Shown here: positions 37,620 to 49,331 of the stretch, one piece after another
Layout: the number at the start of each line of letters is the position of its first letter
How positions within the stretch are numbered: the stretch's first letter is position 1
Origin: Bryobacterales bacterium
Lineage (GTDB): Bacteria > Acidobacteriota > Terriglobia > Bryobacterales > UBA6623
Assembly: GCA_963422375.2 (NCBI GenBank)
Contig: OY729427.2
Location: 1,664,001 to 1,728,000, forward strand
Reading direction: 5' to 3'
Length of the DNA stretch: 64,000 nucleotides
Notes under the pieces: model-generated
The model's input: only the letters and a program-made list of their open reading frames with translations
Databases searched by the model: none
Told to the model about the DNA's origin: nothing
Translations under genes and position numbers: made by a program

Positions 37620-39113
37620 CTAGCGCAGGGCGACTTCGGTCTCTTCGGCGCTGATCGGCTGCACCGCGATCAGCTCGCCGTCGCGAAGGCCCGAAAGGAC
37701 GATCGCCTCGGTGTCGCCGAGGGCCCCGAGCTCGACCTCGCGCTGGACGAATCCATCTCCCGACTGCACCCATACCACCGGGGTGCCGTCCAGCGCCTGC
37801 ACGGCCGCCCGGGGGATCACCAAGGCGTCCTCTTGACGGGCGATGATGATATCGGCCGAGGCCGAAAGGTCCGGCTTGACCCGCTCGTCGGTGTCGAGGA
37901 TCTCGATCTCGACCGGGACTTGCCGGAGCCACTCGCCGCGCGACCCCCGGGACCCGGGCGGGCCCCTGCGTCCGCCGCCGCCGCCGCCTCCCGACACCGC
38001 CATCGCGCCGACCGAGGCCACCCTGCCATCGAATGCGACGTTCGGATAGGCGTCGAGTCGGACCTTGACGGGCGCGCCCAGCCGCACCAGCTGGCTGTCC
38101 GCTTGGTTGACATTGCAGTAGACCGCCATCTTGGACAGGTCCACCACGCGCATGAATTGCGCGCCGCCGTAGACCTGGTCCCCTGCGGCGGCCTGCTGGA
38201 AGCCGCCGCGACTGTACATCGTCTCGATCACGACCAAGCCGCCGACCGGCGTCCGGAGCTTCATCTTGTCCAAGTCCGTCTTGGTGCGATCCATGCGCTT
38301 CCAATCCTGCTCCACGGTGAGGTCGAGGCTGCGGATCTCGGCTACGTTGGCCTCTTCCTGCAACCGAACCTCGTTCTCGAGCTGGCCCGACGAAGCGCGG
38401 CCCTCCTGCGCTAGCAGGTCGAAGATCTCGGCTTGGATCGCCGACCGCACCTGGGCGGTCTGGAGGTCGAGTTCGGCCTTCTCGGCCTCGGCCTTGGTGG
38501 TCCGGTAGTCCTGGCGCAGTGTCTCGGTGGCGATCAGGATCTCGGCCTTGCGCGTCCCGGCCTGTGCCTTGGTCTGAGCGAGCATCGACTCGTAGTTGTC
38601 TAGCTGGTCCTGCGTGGACTTGGACTCGAATTCCGCCACCACTGCTCCGGCTTGGACGATGCTGCCGGGTTCCGCCATTGTCTGGATTGTCAGCGAGGAC
38701 CCGCCCCCTCTGTCCCGGCCGCCCCGCATCCTAGGGGCCCGGATCATCGCGAAGCTGGTCGCGCCGACCGTGCCGCCGACCCGGATCGAATGCGTGAACT
38801 CGCCCTTTGCGGCCGCCACGGTCTGGATGGTGACGGGACCGGTGCCGGCCAGTTGCGCCACGTCCCGGCGCAGAGCCTGGAAGACGCCGACGCCGACAAG
38901 GAGCCCAAGGACGACAGCCGCGCCGGTTGCCCACCTTGGGAGCCCTCGCTGCGGCTCGCCCGGATCCGGAACTGGCTCCGGACTAGGACGCGGCGGTCGA
39001 TTCGGCCCGGGCAGAGGCCGGGCGGTCGCGAAAAAGGCTGGTCGCAGCGGCGGGCCGGAAGCCTGTGCAGGTCCTGACATGATTTCTAGCGGGCCGGAAA
39101 GGCCCTTCTCCAA
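37620..39113 (-). CDS. Efflux periplasmic adaptor subunit (MacA/HlyD-like)
   Basis: TM anchor, lipoyl-like half motifs, coiled coil, LRTPVGGLV, VRLDAYP, KPDLSA, ALVIPRAAV, VELG. Start may be 39080 or later. Confidence 0.88.
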   Translation of the reverse strand: MEKGLSGPLEIMSGPAQASGPPLRPAFFATARPLPGPNRPPRPSPEPVPDPGEPQRGLPRWATGAAVVLGLLVGVGVFQALRRDVAQLAGTGPVTIQTVAAAKGEFTHSIRVGGTVGATSFAMIRAPRMRGGRDRGGGSSLTIQTMAEPGSIVQAGAVVAEFESKSTQDQLDNYESMLAQTKAQAGTRKAEILIATETLRQDYRTTKAEAEKAELDLQTAQVRSAIQAEIFDLLAQEGRASSGQLENEVRLQEEANVAEIRSLDLTVEQDWKRMDRTKTDLDKMKLRTPVGGLVVIETMYSRGGFQQAAAGDQVYGGAQFMRVVDLSKMAVYCNVNQADSQLVRLGAPVKVRLDAYPNVAFDGRVASVGAMAVSGGGGGGGRRGPPGSRGSRGEWLRQVPVEIEILDTDERVKPDLSASADIIIARQEDALVIPRAAVQALDGTPVVWVQSGDGFVQREVELGALGDTEAIVLSGLRDGELIAVQPISAEETEVALR

Positions 39114-39400
39114 TCATCTATGGCGAACTCGGGGTGCCTTGGGTTATTCCGGGCGGCCTCGGAGCGCGGCGATTGCCGCGAAGGATGCTCGCTTTGGCCC
39201 GAATCGGCCGGTGGCGCGGGCGCATCCCGTTCCCTGCGGGCACATCGGCACGCGGCAGGCTATGCCGGGGGCTGGCCGCTGCCTTGGAGTGACGCCTGGG
39301 CGGCAAGAGCGAGCGAACCTCACCGCCACCCGCAAGGGACCCTCGTCGCCCGGCCGACTCGCCTCGGCCCTATACTTGAGAGAGAGGCTACTTGCAAGGC

Positions 39401-39865
39401 ATGGCAGTCAAACCCATTCCGGACGGTTACGGATCGATCACGCCGTACCTGATCGTCGGAGACGGCGCGGCGGCGCTGGACTTCTACAAGCGGGCCTTCG
39501 GAGCCGTCGAGCGCATGCGGATCGACTGGCCCGGCGGCGCGATCGGCCATGCCGAGATCGTGTTCGGCGACTCCGTGGTCATGCTGGCGAGTGAGTTCCC
39601 GGAAATGGACGCGGTCTCGCCGAAGACGGTGGGCGGGACACCGGTCAGCTTGCTGCTCTACACCGAGGACGTCGACGCGATGTTCGCCCGGGCCGTCGAG
39701 GCAGGCGCGAGGGAGATTCGTGCCGTGAAGAACCAGTTCTACGGGGACCGCACGGGGACGCTGGAGGATCCGTTCGGCCATCGCTGGACGATCGCCACGC
39801 ACGTTGAGGACGTCTCCGCCGAAGAGCTGGCCAAGCGCAGCGAGGCGATGTTCTCCGGCGCGTAG
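39401..39865 (+). CDS. VOC/glyoxalase family protein (PhnB-like)
   Basis: KPIPDGY..ITPYL, AALDFYKRAFGA, HAEI, QFYGDR.G.LEDPFGHRW. Confidence 0.93.
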   Translation: MAVKPIPDGYGSITPYLIVGDGAAALDFYKRAFGAVERMRIDWPGGAIGHAEIVFGDSVVMLASEFPEMDAVSPKTVGGTPVSLLLYTEDVDAMFARAVEAGAREIRAVKNQFYGDRTGTLEDPFGHRWTIATHVEDVSAEELAKRSEAMFSGA

Positions 39866-39941
39866 CGCGACGCCCCGTGTCCCGTCGCCCCGAGTGGCAG
39901 GCGCCGGTCCGGGGGCGGTCCGGCGGGGTACCGGAAACCAC

Positions 39942-39999
39942 TGCGCATACGCATTTTTTGGGCGCAGATATTGCGTTTACGCAATGTATGCCCGATACT
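39942..39999 (+). promoter_or_regulatory. Sigma-70-type promoter with palindromic operator(s) upstream of the sigma factor gene
   Basis: -35 TTGCGT (39971), 17-nt spacer, -10 GATACT (39994); inverted repeat ATTGCGT-TT-ACGCAAT (39970-39985); second TGCG-N4-CGCA at 39942-39953. Confidence 0.55.
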
Positions 40000-40228
40000 T
40001 AGGGCGAGGCGCGACACTCGGGCGGGCGGGGGCGCGCCCCAGGCCGGGACTTTGAAGCGGATCCGAAGGCCCCTTCGACATCAGGGCAAGCAAGTAACGA
40101 TTCATCCGCGTGGCAGTTCCGGTCCACCGCTAGTAGAGAGGAAGGACGAGCCGAGTTCCGGCGGCCCGAGACCGCTCGGCGCGCGGACGGCTCCGTCGGC
40201 AGAGAGGACTTGAGCGAGAGGTGGCGCA

Positions 40229-41845
<1,617 letters not shown>

Positions 41846-41959
41846 CGAGGTGCGCCAGCTAGGACGCTAGCGACCGCGGGGCGGCTGAGGAACGGTAGCG
41901 CGACGCAAGCGCCGATACGCGGTCCCGTGTCCTGCGACCGCAGAGATCGCTTGGCTGCG

Positions 41960-42060
41960 GCGACTGACCGCACCAGAGTCCGACAGATCGAAGCCAAGGG
42001 CATGCGAATGCTCCGCGACTCGCGTCGCATCCGGTGCTCGCGGTCCCAGCTGGATCTGGA
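41960..42060 (+). pseudogene. Relic of a second sigma-70 region 4.2
   Basis: Encodes TRVRQIEAKGMRMLRDSRRIRCSRSQLD, aligning without gaps to the upstream gene's [28 protein letters not shown]. Confidence 0.6.
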
Positions 42061-42106
42061 GCCGTATCCGGCGGCCGTGCGTTTCCTGTACGGCCCGGAC
42101 GCCCGT

Positions 42107-43432
42107 CTAGGCCCCGATGCGGTAGAGATGTCCGGCCGTGCGGATGATCAGGCTTCCGCGGGCGATGGCAGGCGTCGCCATGCAAAGCTCGCCGAGCGAG
42201 TTCTTGCGGACCAGCCGATACTCGCTGCCGTGCTCGATGACGAAGCAGTCGCCGTCCTCGCTGAGGCAGAACACCCTGTCGTTGTAGGCCCACGGGGACG
42301 CGCTGAAGGCGTTCGCACCCGCCTCGAAGCGCTGCTTGCCGTAGATTTCATTGCCGCTGACGGCGTCGTGGCAGGTTAGGAATCCCCGGTCGTAGAGGGT
42401 GTAGTAGAGGCCCTTGTACAGCAGCGGGGAGGGGTTGTAGGGGGCGGCCTGCGGCTGGAACCAGGCGATGAAGTCGTTGCCCGTCTCGCCCTCCTTCAGG
42501 CTGATGTCGCCGCGGGCGCCCGGGCGCAGCGCGAAGACCGGTCGCTTCTGGTCCCCCACGTAGCCCGAGGCGATGTAGAGCAGGCCGTGACCGGAAAACG
42601 GGACGGGGATCACGATCGAAGACATGCCTCCCAGTTCCCAGAGCAGCTTGCCGTCCAGGTCGTAGGAGCGCACGCGGTCGGTTCCGGTGGTGACGATCTC
42701 CGTGCGCAGGCTGTTTTCCCAGACGTACGGCGTCGACCAGTTGCTGCCCTCGTCCCGCTCGACCTCCCAGATCGTCTTGCCGCTGAGCTTGTCGAGGCAG
42801 CTCAGCGTGGACCGCTCCTCGTTGTCGTTCACGAGGTACAGCCGTCCTTCGTGCAGGACGGGTGACGCCGCAGTGCCCCAGTCGTGGCGGACCCGGTACG
42901 GTCTCCAGTCGCGCTTCCACAGGATCTTGCCCTCGGTGTCGAGGCACCAGGTCGCTAGGTAGCCGAAGTGCGCGTAGACGCGCTCGCCGTCCGTGACCGG
43001 AGTCTCGGACGCGTAGGAGTTCTTCAAGTGGCGCGGCGCGGGCGGCACGGCGCGGTGCAGCCGCGTCTCCCACGCGATCTCGCCCGTTTCGAATTCGATT
43101 CCGAAGGCGCTCCAGTTGTGTGGATCCTGCGGAATGTCCGGTCGGTTGCCGCCGAAGTAGAGGCCTTTCTTGACCTCTTCCACCGCGCCCTCGCTGGCGA
43201 CGCTCGCGAGAAATACCCGCTCGTCCCAGACGACCGGCGAGGACCACGCCATGCCGGGCACCGGCGTCTTCCAGCGCACGTTCTCCGTGGCGCTCCAAGC
43301 CTCGGGCAGGCGGGGATCGTCTCCCGAGATGCCGAGGGAGCCGTAGCCCCGGAACTGCGGCCAGCGCTCGGGAGAGGCGGCCGCCAGCGGGCCGGCCGCG
43401 AGCGCGGAGAGGAACTGGCGCCTCGATGTCAC
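42107..43432 (-). CDS. PQQ-binding-like beta-propeller protein with Tat-type signal
   Basis: SRRQFL twin-arginine signal, WPQFRG, WKTPVPG..WSSPVVW, repeated SP/TP..G..W motifs; GTG overlaps the nadD stop. Confidence 0.9.
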   Translation of the reverse strand: MTSRRQFLSALAAGPLAAASPERWPQFRGYGSLGISGDDPRLPEAWSATENVRWKTPVPGMAWSSPVVWDERVFLASVASEGAVEEVKKGLYFGGNRPDIPQDPHNWSAFGIEFETGEIAWETRLHRAVPPAPRHLKNSYASETPVTDGERVYAHFGYLATWCLDTEGKILWKRDWRPYRVRHDWGTAASPVLHEGRLYLVNDNEERSTLSCLDKLSGKTIWEVERDEGSNWSTPYVWENSLRTEIVTTGTDRVRSYDLDGKLLWELGGMSSIVIPVPFSGHGLLYIASGYVGDQKRPVFALRPGARGDISLKEGETGNDFIAWFQPQAAPYNPSPLLYKGLYYTLYDRGFLTCHDAVSGNEIYGKQRFEAGANAFSASPWAYNDRVFCLSEDGDCFVIEHGSEYRLVRKNSLGELCMATPAIARGSLIIRTAGHLYRIGA

Positions 43433-44037
43433 GGCCCCATTGTATTCGGTTCGGGCCGGTACAGTGCGTGCTGCCAGATGTAGGCGCACACGTCGGGCGG
43501 CGCAAGGTCCGCGAGCGTGCCGCCGATCTTGGCGCGGTGCCGCACCGCGCTCGACGAGGCCGGATGGGCGCATTCGACGGAGCGCGCCGCTCGGGCGGTC
43601 GGCGGGGAAGGGGAATTGGCGTCCGGCCACGGGCGTCCGACGACCAGGAACTCCACGAGGGAGGCGACCCGCTCCGCGTCGCGCCAAGTCCCGATCTCGG
43701 AGAAGGCGTCCGCTCCGACGATGAATCGCAGGGGCTCCTCGAAGCGCAGCGTGGCGAGGGCGCGCTCGACGGTGTCCACCGAGTAGTTCGGCGCGCCCCC
43801 CTCTCGCGGCTCGTCGAGTCCGCTCGCAATGAGACGCGAATCCTCCTTGCAGGCGAGTTCGACCATCCGCAGGCGGTGCCTGTACGGCGCCCGGCAAGCC
43901 GAGCGCTTGTGCGGCGGCACGCCGCAGGGCGCCACCAGCACCCGGTCCAGCGAGTGCGCGTCTGCGGCCGCCAGCGCGGCTTCGACATGGCCGAGGTGGA
44001 TCGGATCGAACGTGCCTCCGAACAGCGCCAGCCTCAT
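43429..44037 (-). CDS. nadD: Nicotinate-nucleotide adenylyltransferase
   Basis: [34 protein letters not shown]; follows obgE. Confidence 0.95.
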   Translation of the reverse strand: MRLALFGGTFDPIHLGHVEAALAAADAHSLDRVLVAPCGVPPHKRSACRAPYRHRLRMVELACKEDSRLIASGLDEPREGGAPNYSVDTVERALATLRFEEPLRFIVGADAFSEIGTWRDAERVASLVEFLVVGRPWPDANSPSPPTARAARSVECAHPASSSAVRHRAKIGGTLADLAPPDVCAYIWQHALYRPEPNTMGP

Positions 44038-45122
44038 GCAAGGGCCTCTCCGGCCGCTGGGTTCGCGGGCCCCGCGGCGCCCTCAGGCTGCGCGGGGTCG
44101 GTCCAGCCTCGTGCGTCCTCCTCCCTCGCTGCGCGAACGCGCTCCCCGATCTCGCGCACCAGCGAGTCGATTCCCTCGCCGGTCACTGCCGAAATCGCCC
44201 GGAACGCGATGCCAAGTCCCTCGCAGTGCCGTCGCAGCGCCTCCAGGCGCTCGGGGGACTGCAGCGCGTCGAGCTTCGTGCCGGCTGCGATGCAGGGCTT
44301 GCGGGCCAGCGTAGGCGAGAAGCTCCGCAGCTCCGTGGCGATGATCTCGTAGTCCCGCACCGCATCGCGGCCGCTGTCGTCGCTCAGGTCGACCAAGTGG
44401 ACGAGGATCTTGGTGCGCTCGATGTGGCGCAGGAAGCGGTCCCCGAGACCGTGACCCTCGTGAGCGCCCTCGATCAGGCCGGGAATGTCGGCGACCAGGA
44501 GACTGTCGAAATCTCCCAGCGGGACGACGCCGAGATTGGGTTGGAGGGTGGTGAACGGGTAGTCGGCGATCTTGGGTCGCGCGGAAGAAATTCGCGCGAT
44601 CAGCGTGGACTTGCCTGCGTTGGGGAGACCCACGAGCCCCGCGTCGGCGAGCAGCTTGAGGGTCAGGCGCAGAGCGAGCGCCTGGCCTTCCGTGCCCTCT
44701 TCCGCGAACCGGGGCGCCCGGTTGGTGGGGGACTTGAAATGGGTGTTGCCGCGGCCGCCGCGGCCTCCTTGGGCCGCGAGGAACTCCTGGTCCGGGCCGT
44801 CGAAGTCCCGCAGCAGCTCGCCGGTCTCCGCGTCGTGGACCAGCGTGCCGCCGGGGACATGGATCACTAGGTTGCTGCCGCTGCGACCGGTGCAATTGCT
44901 GCCCTCGCCGTGGCGGCCGTTCTCGGCCTTCCGCTCCGGCTGGAAGCGGAAGGCCGTCAGGGTGTTGATCCGGCTGGTCGACCGCAGTACCACGTTTCCC
45001 CCGTGCCCCCCGTCCCCGCCGGCGGGGCCGCCCTTGGGCACGAACTTCTCGCGACGGAACGCGACGCAGCCGTTGCCGCCCCGGCCGGCCTGGATCCGCA
45101 CCAGCGCCTCGTCTACGAACAT
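44034..45122 (-). CDS. obgE: GTPase Obg/CgtA
   Basis: [53 protein letters not shown]. Confidence 0.97.
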   Translation of the reverse strand: MFVDEALVRIQAGRGGNGCVAFRREKFVPKGGPAGGDGGHGGNVVLRSTSRINTLTAFRFQPERKAENGRHGEGSNCTGRSGSNLVIHVPGGTLVHDAETGELLRDFDGPDQEFLAAQGGRGGRGNTHFKSPTNRAPRFAEEGTEGQALALRLTLKLLADAGLVGLPNAGKSTLIARISSARPKIADYPFTTLQPNLGVVPLGDFDSLLVADIPGLIEGAHEGHGLGDRFLRHIERTKILVHLVDLSDDSGRDAVRDYEIIATELRSFSPTLARKPCIAAGTKLDALQSPERLEALRRHCEGLGIAFRAISAVTGEGIDSLVREIGERVRAAREEDARGWTDPAQPEGAAGPANPAAGEALA

Positions 45123-45184
45123 GGCGTTGCTGGCATCCTTGCAGCCCCCCGGCCCGGGAGGCCCGCTCAGGCTACCATCGAAAC

Positions 45185-45955
45185 ATGAGCCTGCGCATCG
45201 CCGGTCGCGACTTCTCGTCGTGCTTGATCGTCGGCACCGGCAAGTATCGGAGCTTCGAGGAGATGCGACGGTGCCATCGCGTCTCCGGCGCGGAGATGGT
45301 GACCGTGGCGGTCCGGCGGGTCAACCTGAGCGACCGCGCCAAGGAGTCCCTCCTTGACTATATCGACCGCGACGAGATGTTCATCCTGCCCAACACGGCC
45401 GCCTGCTACACGGCGGACGACGCTGTCCGCACGGCCCGCCTGGCGCGGGAGGTGGGCCTGTCGAACTGGATCAAGCTCGAGGTGATCGGCGACCCCGAGA
45501 CCCTGTTCCCCGACACGGAGGGCCTGCTGGAAGCGACGCGTCTGCTCGTCCGAGAGGGCTTCGTGGTGCTGCCGTACACGAGCGACGACCTGATCGTCGC
45601 GCGCAAGCTGGTCGATGCCGGGGCGGCCGCAGTGATGCCCTTGGCTGCCCCGATCGGCTCGGGCCTCGGCGTGCAGAACCCGGCCAACCTGCGCATCCTG
45701 CGCGAGAAGATCACTTCCGTGCCCTTGGTTGTTGACGCAGGCGTGGGCACGGCCTCCGACGCGGTAAGGGCCATGGAACTGGGTGCGGACGGGGTCCTGA
45801 TGAACACTGCCATCGCCTTGGCCCGCGACGCCGTGAAGATGGCGGAATCGATGAAGCTGGCCGTCGAGTCGGGCCGTCTCGCGTACCAGGCCGGCCGGAT
45901 GCCCAAGCGCCTTTACGCAAGCGCCAGCTCCCCGCTCGAAGGCGTCATAGGCTGA
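45185..45955 (+). CDS. thiG: Thiazole synthase
   Basis: [55 protein letters not shown]. Confidence 0.97.
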   Translation: MSLRIAGRDFSSCLIVGTGKYRSFEEMRRCHRVSGAEMVTVAVRRVNLSDRAKESLLDYIDRDEMFILPNTAACYTADDAVRTARLAREVGLSNWIKLEVIGDPETLFPDTEGLLEATRLLVREGFVVLPYTSDDLIVARKLVDAGAAAVMPLAAPIGSGLGVQNPANLRILREKITSVPLVVDAGVGTASDAVRAMELGADGVLMNTAIALARDAVKMAESMKLAVESGRLAYQAGRMPKRLYASASSPLEGVIG

Positions 45956-45968
45956 CGCGGGCGGGTCT

Positions 45969-47390
45969 TCAGGCGGCTTGGTGCGCCGGCTCGGACCAAG
46001 GCCGGTCGATCTCCCAGGACTCCAGGCTCTCGGTCCAGGCTGCGCGTCGCGAGCGAAGCCGCGCTAGGGCGGCGCCGTGGTCGGCAGAGCGCGCTAGGTC
46101 GACGGTCTCTTGGGGATCGACCGCTAGGTGGTACATCTCCTCGTGCGGCGGATCGGACTCCGGAAAGACGAAGTACTTCCAGTCGCCGGCATGGACTCCC
46201 TCGCTCTTCGGCACGCGCGGGTTCTCGAAGAGATGCTCGTAGAACCACTCGCGGCGCCATGTCGGGGACTCGCCCCGGACGAGAGGCATCAGGTCGCGCC
46301 CGTTCATGCTGGCGGGAGCCTCCAGGCCGGCCGCGCTGAGGATCGTCGGGCATACGTCGACATTCAGCGTCATCTCGGACCGTCGCGTGCCGGCGCGGTG
46401 CGCCAGGCGCGGGTCGCGCACGATCATCGGGGTGCGGATCGATTCCTCGTGCATGTACCACTTGCCGGCCCATCCGCGCTCGCCGAGGAAGAATCCGTTG
46501 TCGCCCGTGAAGATGACGACCGTGCTGTCGAGCTGGCCCATCGATGCGATTTGGTCCAGCATGCGGCCGATCTGGATGTCGACCCCGTGAATCAGCGCGT
46601 AGTAGCGCTTCACGGACTCCTCCCATCTGTCGGGGGTGCCGAATCGGCGCACCCATCGGATGCGGCTCTCGGTGTCGTCCTTGAGGAACTCCGGCAGCGA
46701 GTTGTAATAGGAGCCGTCCATGTGGGGGAACGGCTGCAGCCGCAGCCCGTCGTACATGTCGTCCAGTCGCGGGTCGTTGATGAAGAATGGGTCCACCCCG
46801 TCTTGGACGTGGGGGGCCTTGAAGCTAACCGACAGGTTCCAGGGCCGGTCGGCAGGCGCACCGTCGAGGAACTCCAGAGCTTGGTTGCCGAGATGCTCCG
46901 TCATGTGGGCGCGGCCGGGCACCAGGTACTGGCCTTGGCCGGGCCAGCCTTCGAAGTAGTCGAAGCGAGCGGCGGCCCCGTCGATGTCCCGGGCCGCCCC
47001 GACGCCGTACTTGCCGATGAATCCGGTGTGGTAGCCGGCTTCGCGCAAGCGGACGGGGTAGCTGAGCGCGTGCTGCTCGTCGCTCAGAGGAGTCCGGAAT
47101 CCGTGGATGCCGTGGCAGCGGGCGTACAGGCCCGTGAAGAACGACGCGCGCGAGACGGCGCAGATGGAGGTCGTAACGTAGTTGTTCTCGAAGAGGACGC
47201 CCTCGCTCGCCAGCCGGTCCATGTTTGGCGTGCGGATAATCCGGTTGCCTCCCGCCCCGAACATGTCGAAGCGCTGGTCGTCCGTGAGCAGGAACAGGAT
47301 GTTGGGAGGGCGGGCGGCCCCGCTGCCCCCGCAGCCCAAGCCCGCCGCGGCGCCCAAGGTGCCGAGGAGTTCGCGGCGCGTCGGTCGCAT
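45969..47390 (-). CDS. Sulfatase (Cys-type) with Tat/lipoprotein-like signal
   Basis: TRRELL signal, PNILFLLTDDQR, TPNMDRLA, CAVSRASFFTG (C-x-x-x-R), GKY, KAPH, GDNG, GKW. Confidence 0.92.
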   Translation of the reverse strand: MRPTRRELLGTLGAAAGLGCGGSGAARPPNILFLLTDDQRFDMFGAGGNRIIRTPNMDRLASEGVLFENNYVTTSICAVSRASFFTGLYARCHGIHGFRTPLSDEQHALSYPVRLREAGYHTGFIGKYGVGAARDIDGAAARFDYFEGWPGQGQYLVPGRAHMTEHLGNQALEFLDGAPADRPWNLSVSFKAPHVQDGVDPFFINDPRLDDMYDGLRLQPFPHMDGSYYNSLPEFLKDDTESRIRWVRRFGTPDRWEESVKRYYALIHGVDIQIGRMLDQIASMGQLDSTVVIFTGDNGFFLGERGWAGKWYMHEESIRTPMIVRDPRLAHRAGTRRSEMTLNVDVCPTILSAAGLEAPASMNGRDLMPLVRGESPTWRREWFYEHLFENPRVPKSEGVHAGDWKYFVFPESDPPHEEMYHLAVDPQETVDLARSADHGAALARLRSRRAAWTESLESWEIDRPWSEPAHQAA

Positions 47391-47463
47391 CGCTGGCAAG
47401 GATACCAGAGGCGGCGCGGCACCGGGCGGTCGGCGCGAGGTCGCGCCGGACAGCGAGGCTGCG

Positions 47464-48291
47464 GTGCCCCGTGATCGCTGCTTCAGTGCGTCCCGCACGC
47501 TGCTGATGGGCATTCTCAACGTCACGCCGGACTCGTTTTCCGACGGCGGGCTGTACCTAGACCGGCGGCGGGCCATCGAGCGGGGGATCGAGATGGCGGG
47601 CGAGGGTGCCGATATCGTCGACGTGGGCGGCGAGAGCACAAGGCCCGGGTCCGCGCCGGTCGGCGAAGCGGAGGAACTCCGCCGCGTGCTTCCGGTCGTG
47701 GAAGCTCTGGGAAGGCGGATCGAGGTGCCGATCTCGGTGGACACCCAGAAGCCGGCAGTCGCGAGGCGGTGCCTGGAAGCGGGCGCCGTGATCCTCAACG
47801 ACGTCGGGGGCCTGCGCGACTCGGCGATGGCGGAGGTTGCCGCCGAGAGCGGAGCCAGCGTCGTGCTGATGCACATGCGGGGCACGCCCGCCACGATGCA
47901 GGCCGACACGACCTACGGCGACGCGGTTTCCGAGATCAGGGATTTTCTGGAGGAGCGCGCGAGGATGGCCCGCCGCGCGGGAATCCGCGAGATCGCGGTC
48001 GATCCGGGCTTGGGCTTCGGAAAGTCGGCGCGCCAGAATTTCGAGATTCTAGGGCGGTTGGAGGCCATTGCCGATCTCGGGTATCCGGTCCTGATCGGTC
48101 CGTCGCGGAAGTCCTTCCTAGGCAGCCTGCCCGGTGCGCTCACCGCGGGCGAGCGGCTCGAGGGTACGCTCGCGGCGGTGGCCGCTGGGGTGCTGAACGG
48201 CGCCCGGATCGTCCGTGTCCACGACGTGCGGCCGTGCCGTCGGGTCCTCGAGGTGCTGGACGCCGTGACGGAGGCCGCGCGTGCGGGATAG
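47464..48291 (+). CDS. folP: Dihydropteroate synthase
   Basis: MGILNVTPDSFSDGG, DVGGESTRPG, SVDT, LMHMRG, DPGLGFGK, SRKSF, RVHDV. Start approximate. Confidence 0.96.
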   Translation: MPRDRCFSASRTLLMGILNVTPDSFSDGGLYLDRRRAIERGIEMAGEGADIVDVGGESTRPGSAPVGEAEELRRVLPVVEALGRRIEVPISVDTQKPAVARRCLEAGAVILNDVGGLRDSAMAEVAAESGASVVLMHMRGTPATMQADTTYGDAVSEIRDFLEERARMARRAGIREIAVDPGLGFGKSARQNFEILGRLEAIADLGYPVLIGPSRKSFLGSLPGALTAGERLEGTLAAVAAGVLNGARIVRVHDVRPCRRVLEVLDAVTEAARAG

Positions 48292-48646
48292 GGTCCTGCT
48301 GCCTAGCGTGCCGCTCAAGGCTCGGGTCGGTTGCACCGAAGCCGAACGCCGGGAGCCGCAGGTAGTCCTAGTCGATATTGAGCTTCGGTGCGACGTAGCG
48401 GCCGCGGCACGTTCGGATTCCATCGCCGACGCGGTCGATTACGTGCTGGTCCGGGACGAAGCCGAGAGGGTGGCCGGGCGACGGCCCTACGCCTTGGTCG
48501 AAACGATCGCCGACGGGATCGCTCGCCGGCTCCTCGAGGTCTGCCCGGCAAGCGAAGCGCTCGTCCGAGTCAGGAAGCCGTCGGCTTTGGCTAGGCACGG
48601 AGTGCCTTGGGCCGGCGTGGAAGTCGTGCGGGCCAGGGATGCGTAG
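48281..48646 (+). CDS. folB: Dihydroneopterin aldolase
   Basis: VGCTEAER..PQ, SDSIADAVDY, LVETIA, VRVRKP; lies between folP and folK. Confidence 0.92.
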   Translation: MRDRVLLPSVPLKARVGCTEAERREPQVVLVDIELRCDVAAAARSDSIADAVDYVLVRDEAERVAGRRPYALVETIADGIARRLLEVCPASEALVRVRKPSALARHGVPWAGVEVVRARDA

Positions 48647-49118
48647 GGCGTATTTCGGCCTCGGATCCAACCTCGGTGACAGGCGTGCGCACTTGCTGCA
48701 TGCGCTGCGCGAGCTGGCGCGGCTTGGCACGCTGCTGGCGCGGTCGCCGCTGGTCGAGACCGAGCCCGTCGCCTGCCCGGGAGGGGGACTGTTCTTGAAC
48801 GCGTGCACCTGCCTGGAGACCGCGCTCGGTCCGCGTGACCTGCTTGCGGCGGCCTTGCGCATCGAACGCGCAATGGGGCGTCGCAGGGGAAGCCGCAACG
48901 GGCCCAGGACCCTCGACATCGACCTATTGCTCCTAGGCGATCTAGTGCTTGCGGAACCGGGCCTCGCCCTTCCGCACCCGCGGATGCACCAGCGGGCGTT
49001 CGTCCTAGGCCCGCTGGCGGCCATCGCGCCCGATACAGTTCATCCCGGCCTCTCGCAGCCAGTCCGGGTGCTCCTCGGGCAGTTGCAGGGCAGGAGCCGG
49101 GCCACCCCGGCCCCGTAG
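48639..49118 (+). CDS. folK: 2-amino-4-hydroxy-6-hydroxymethyldihydropteridine diphosphokinase
   Basis: GLGSNLGDR, ETEP, FLNA, IERAMGR, GPRTLDIDLL, LPHPRM..RAFVL.PL. Confidence 0.96.
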   Translation: MRRAYFGLGSNLGDRRAHLLHALRELARLGTLLARSPLVETEPVACPGGGLFLNACTCLETALGPRDLLAAALRIERAMGRRRGSRNGPRTLDIDLLLLGDLVLAEPGLALPHPRMHQRAFVLGPLAAIAPDTVHPGLSQPVRVLLGQLQGRSRATPAP

Positions 49119-49331
49119 GTTCCGGTTCGGGGCGTCGGCCGACGGCCGGTCTTCGTGCTCCTCTTTCTCGCCGTCTCCCGACGGCGTCATCCAAGCCCGT
49201 GCCTGCGCCATCGGGGATTCCTGTCGACTGCGGCGTCGCCATGTTGCGGGGCGCCTCTCCCCGTCATCCGCAGCCGAGTCAGATTCTGCGCACCGGGACA
49301 GCTGGTAGCAGAGCGAAGGAGGACTGAAACA

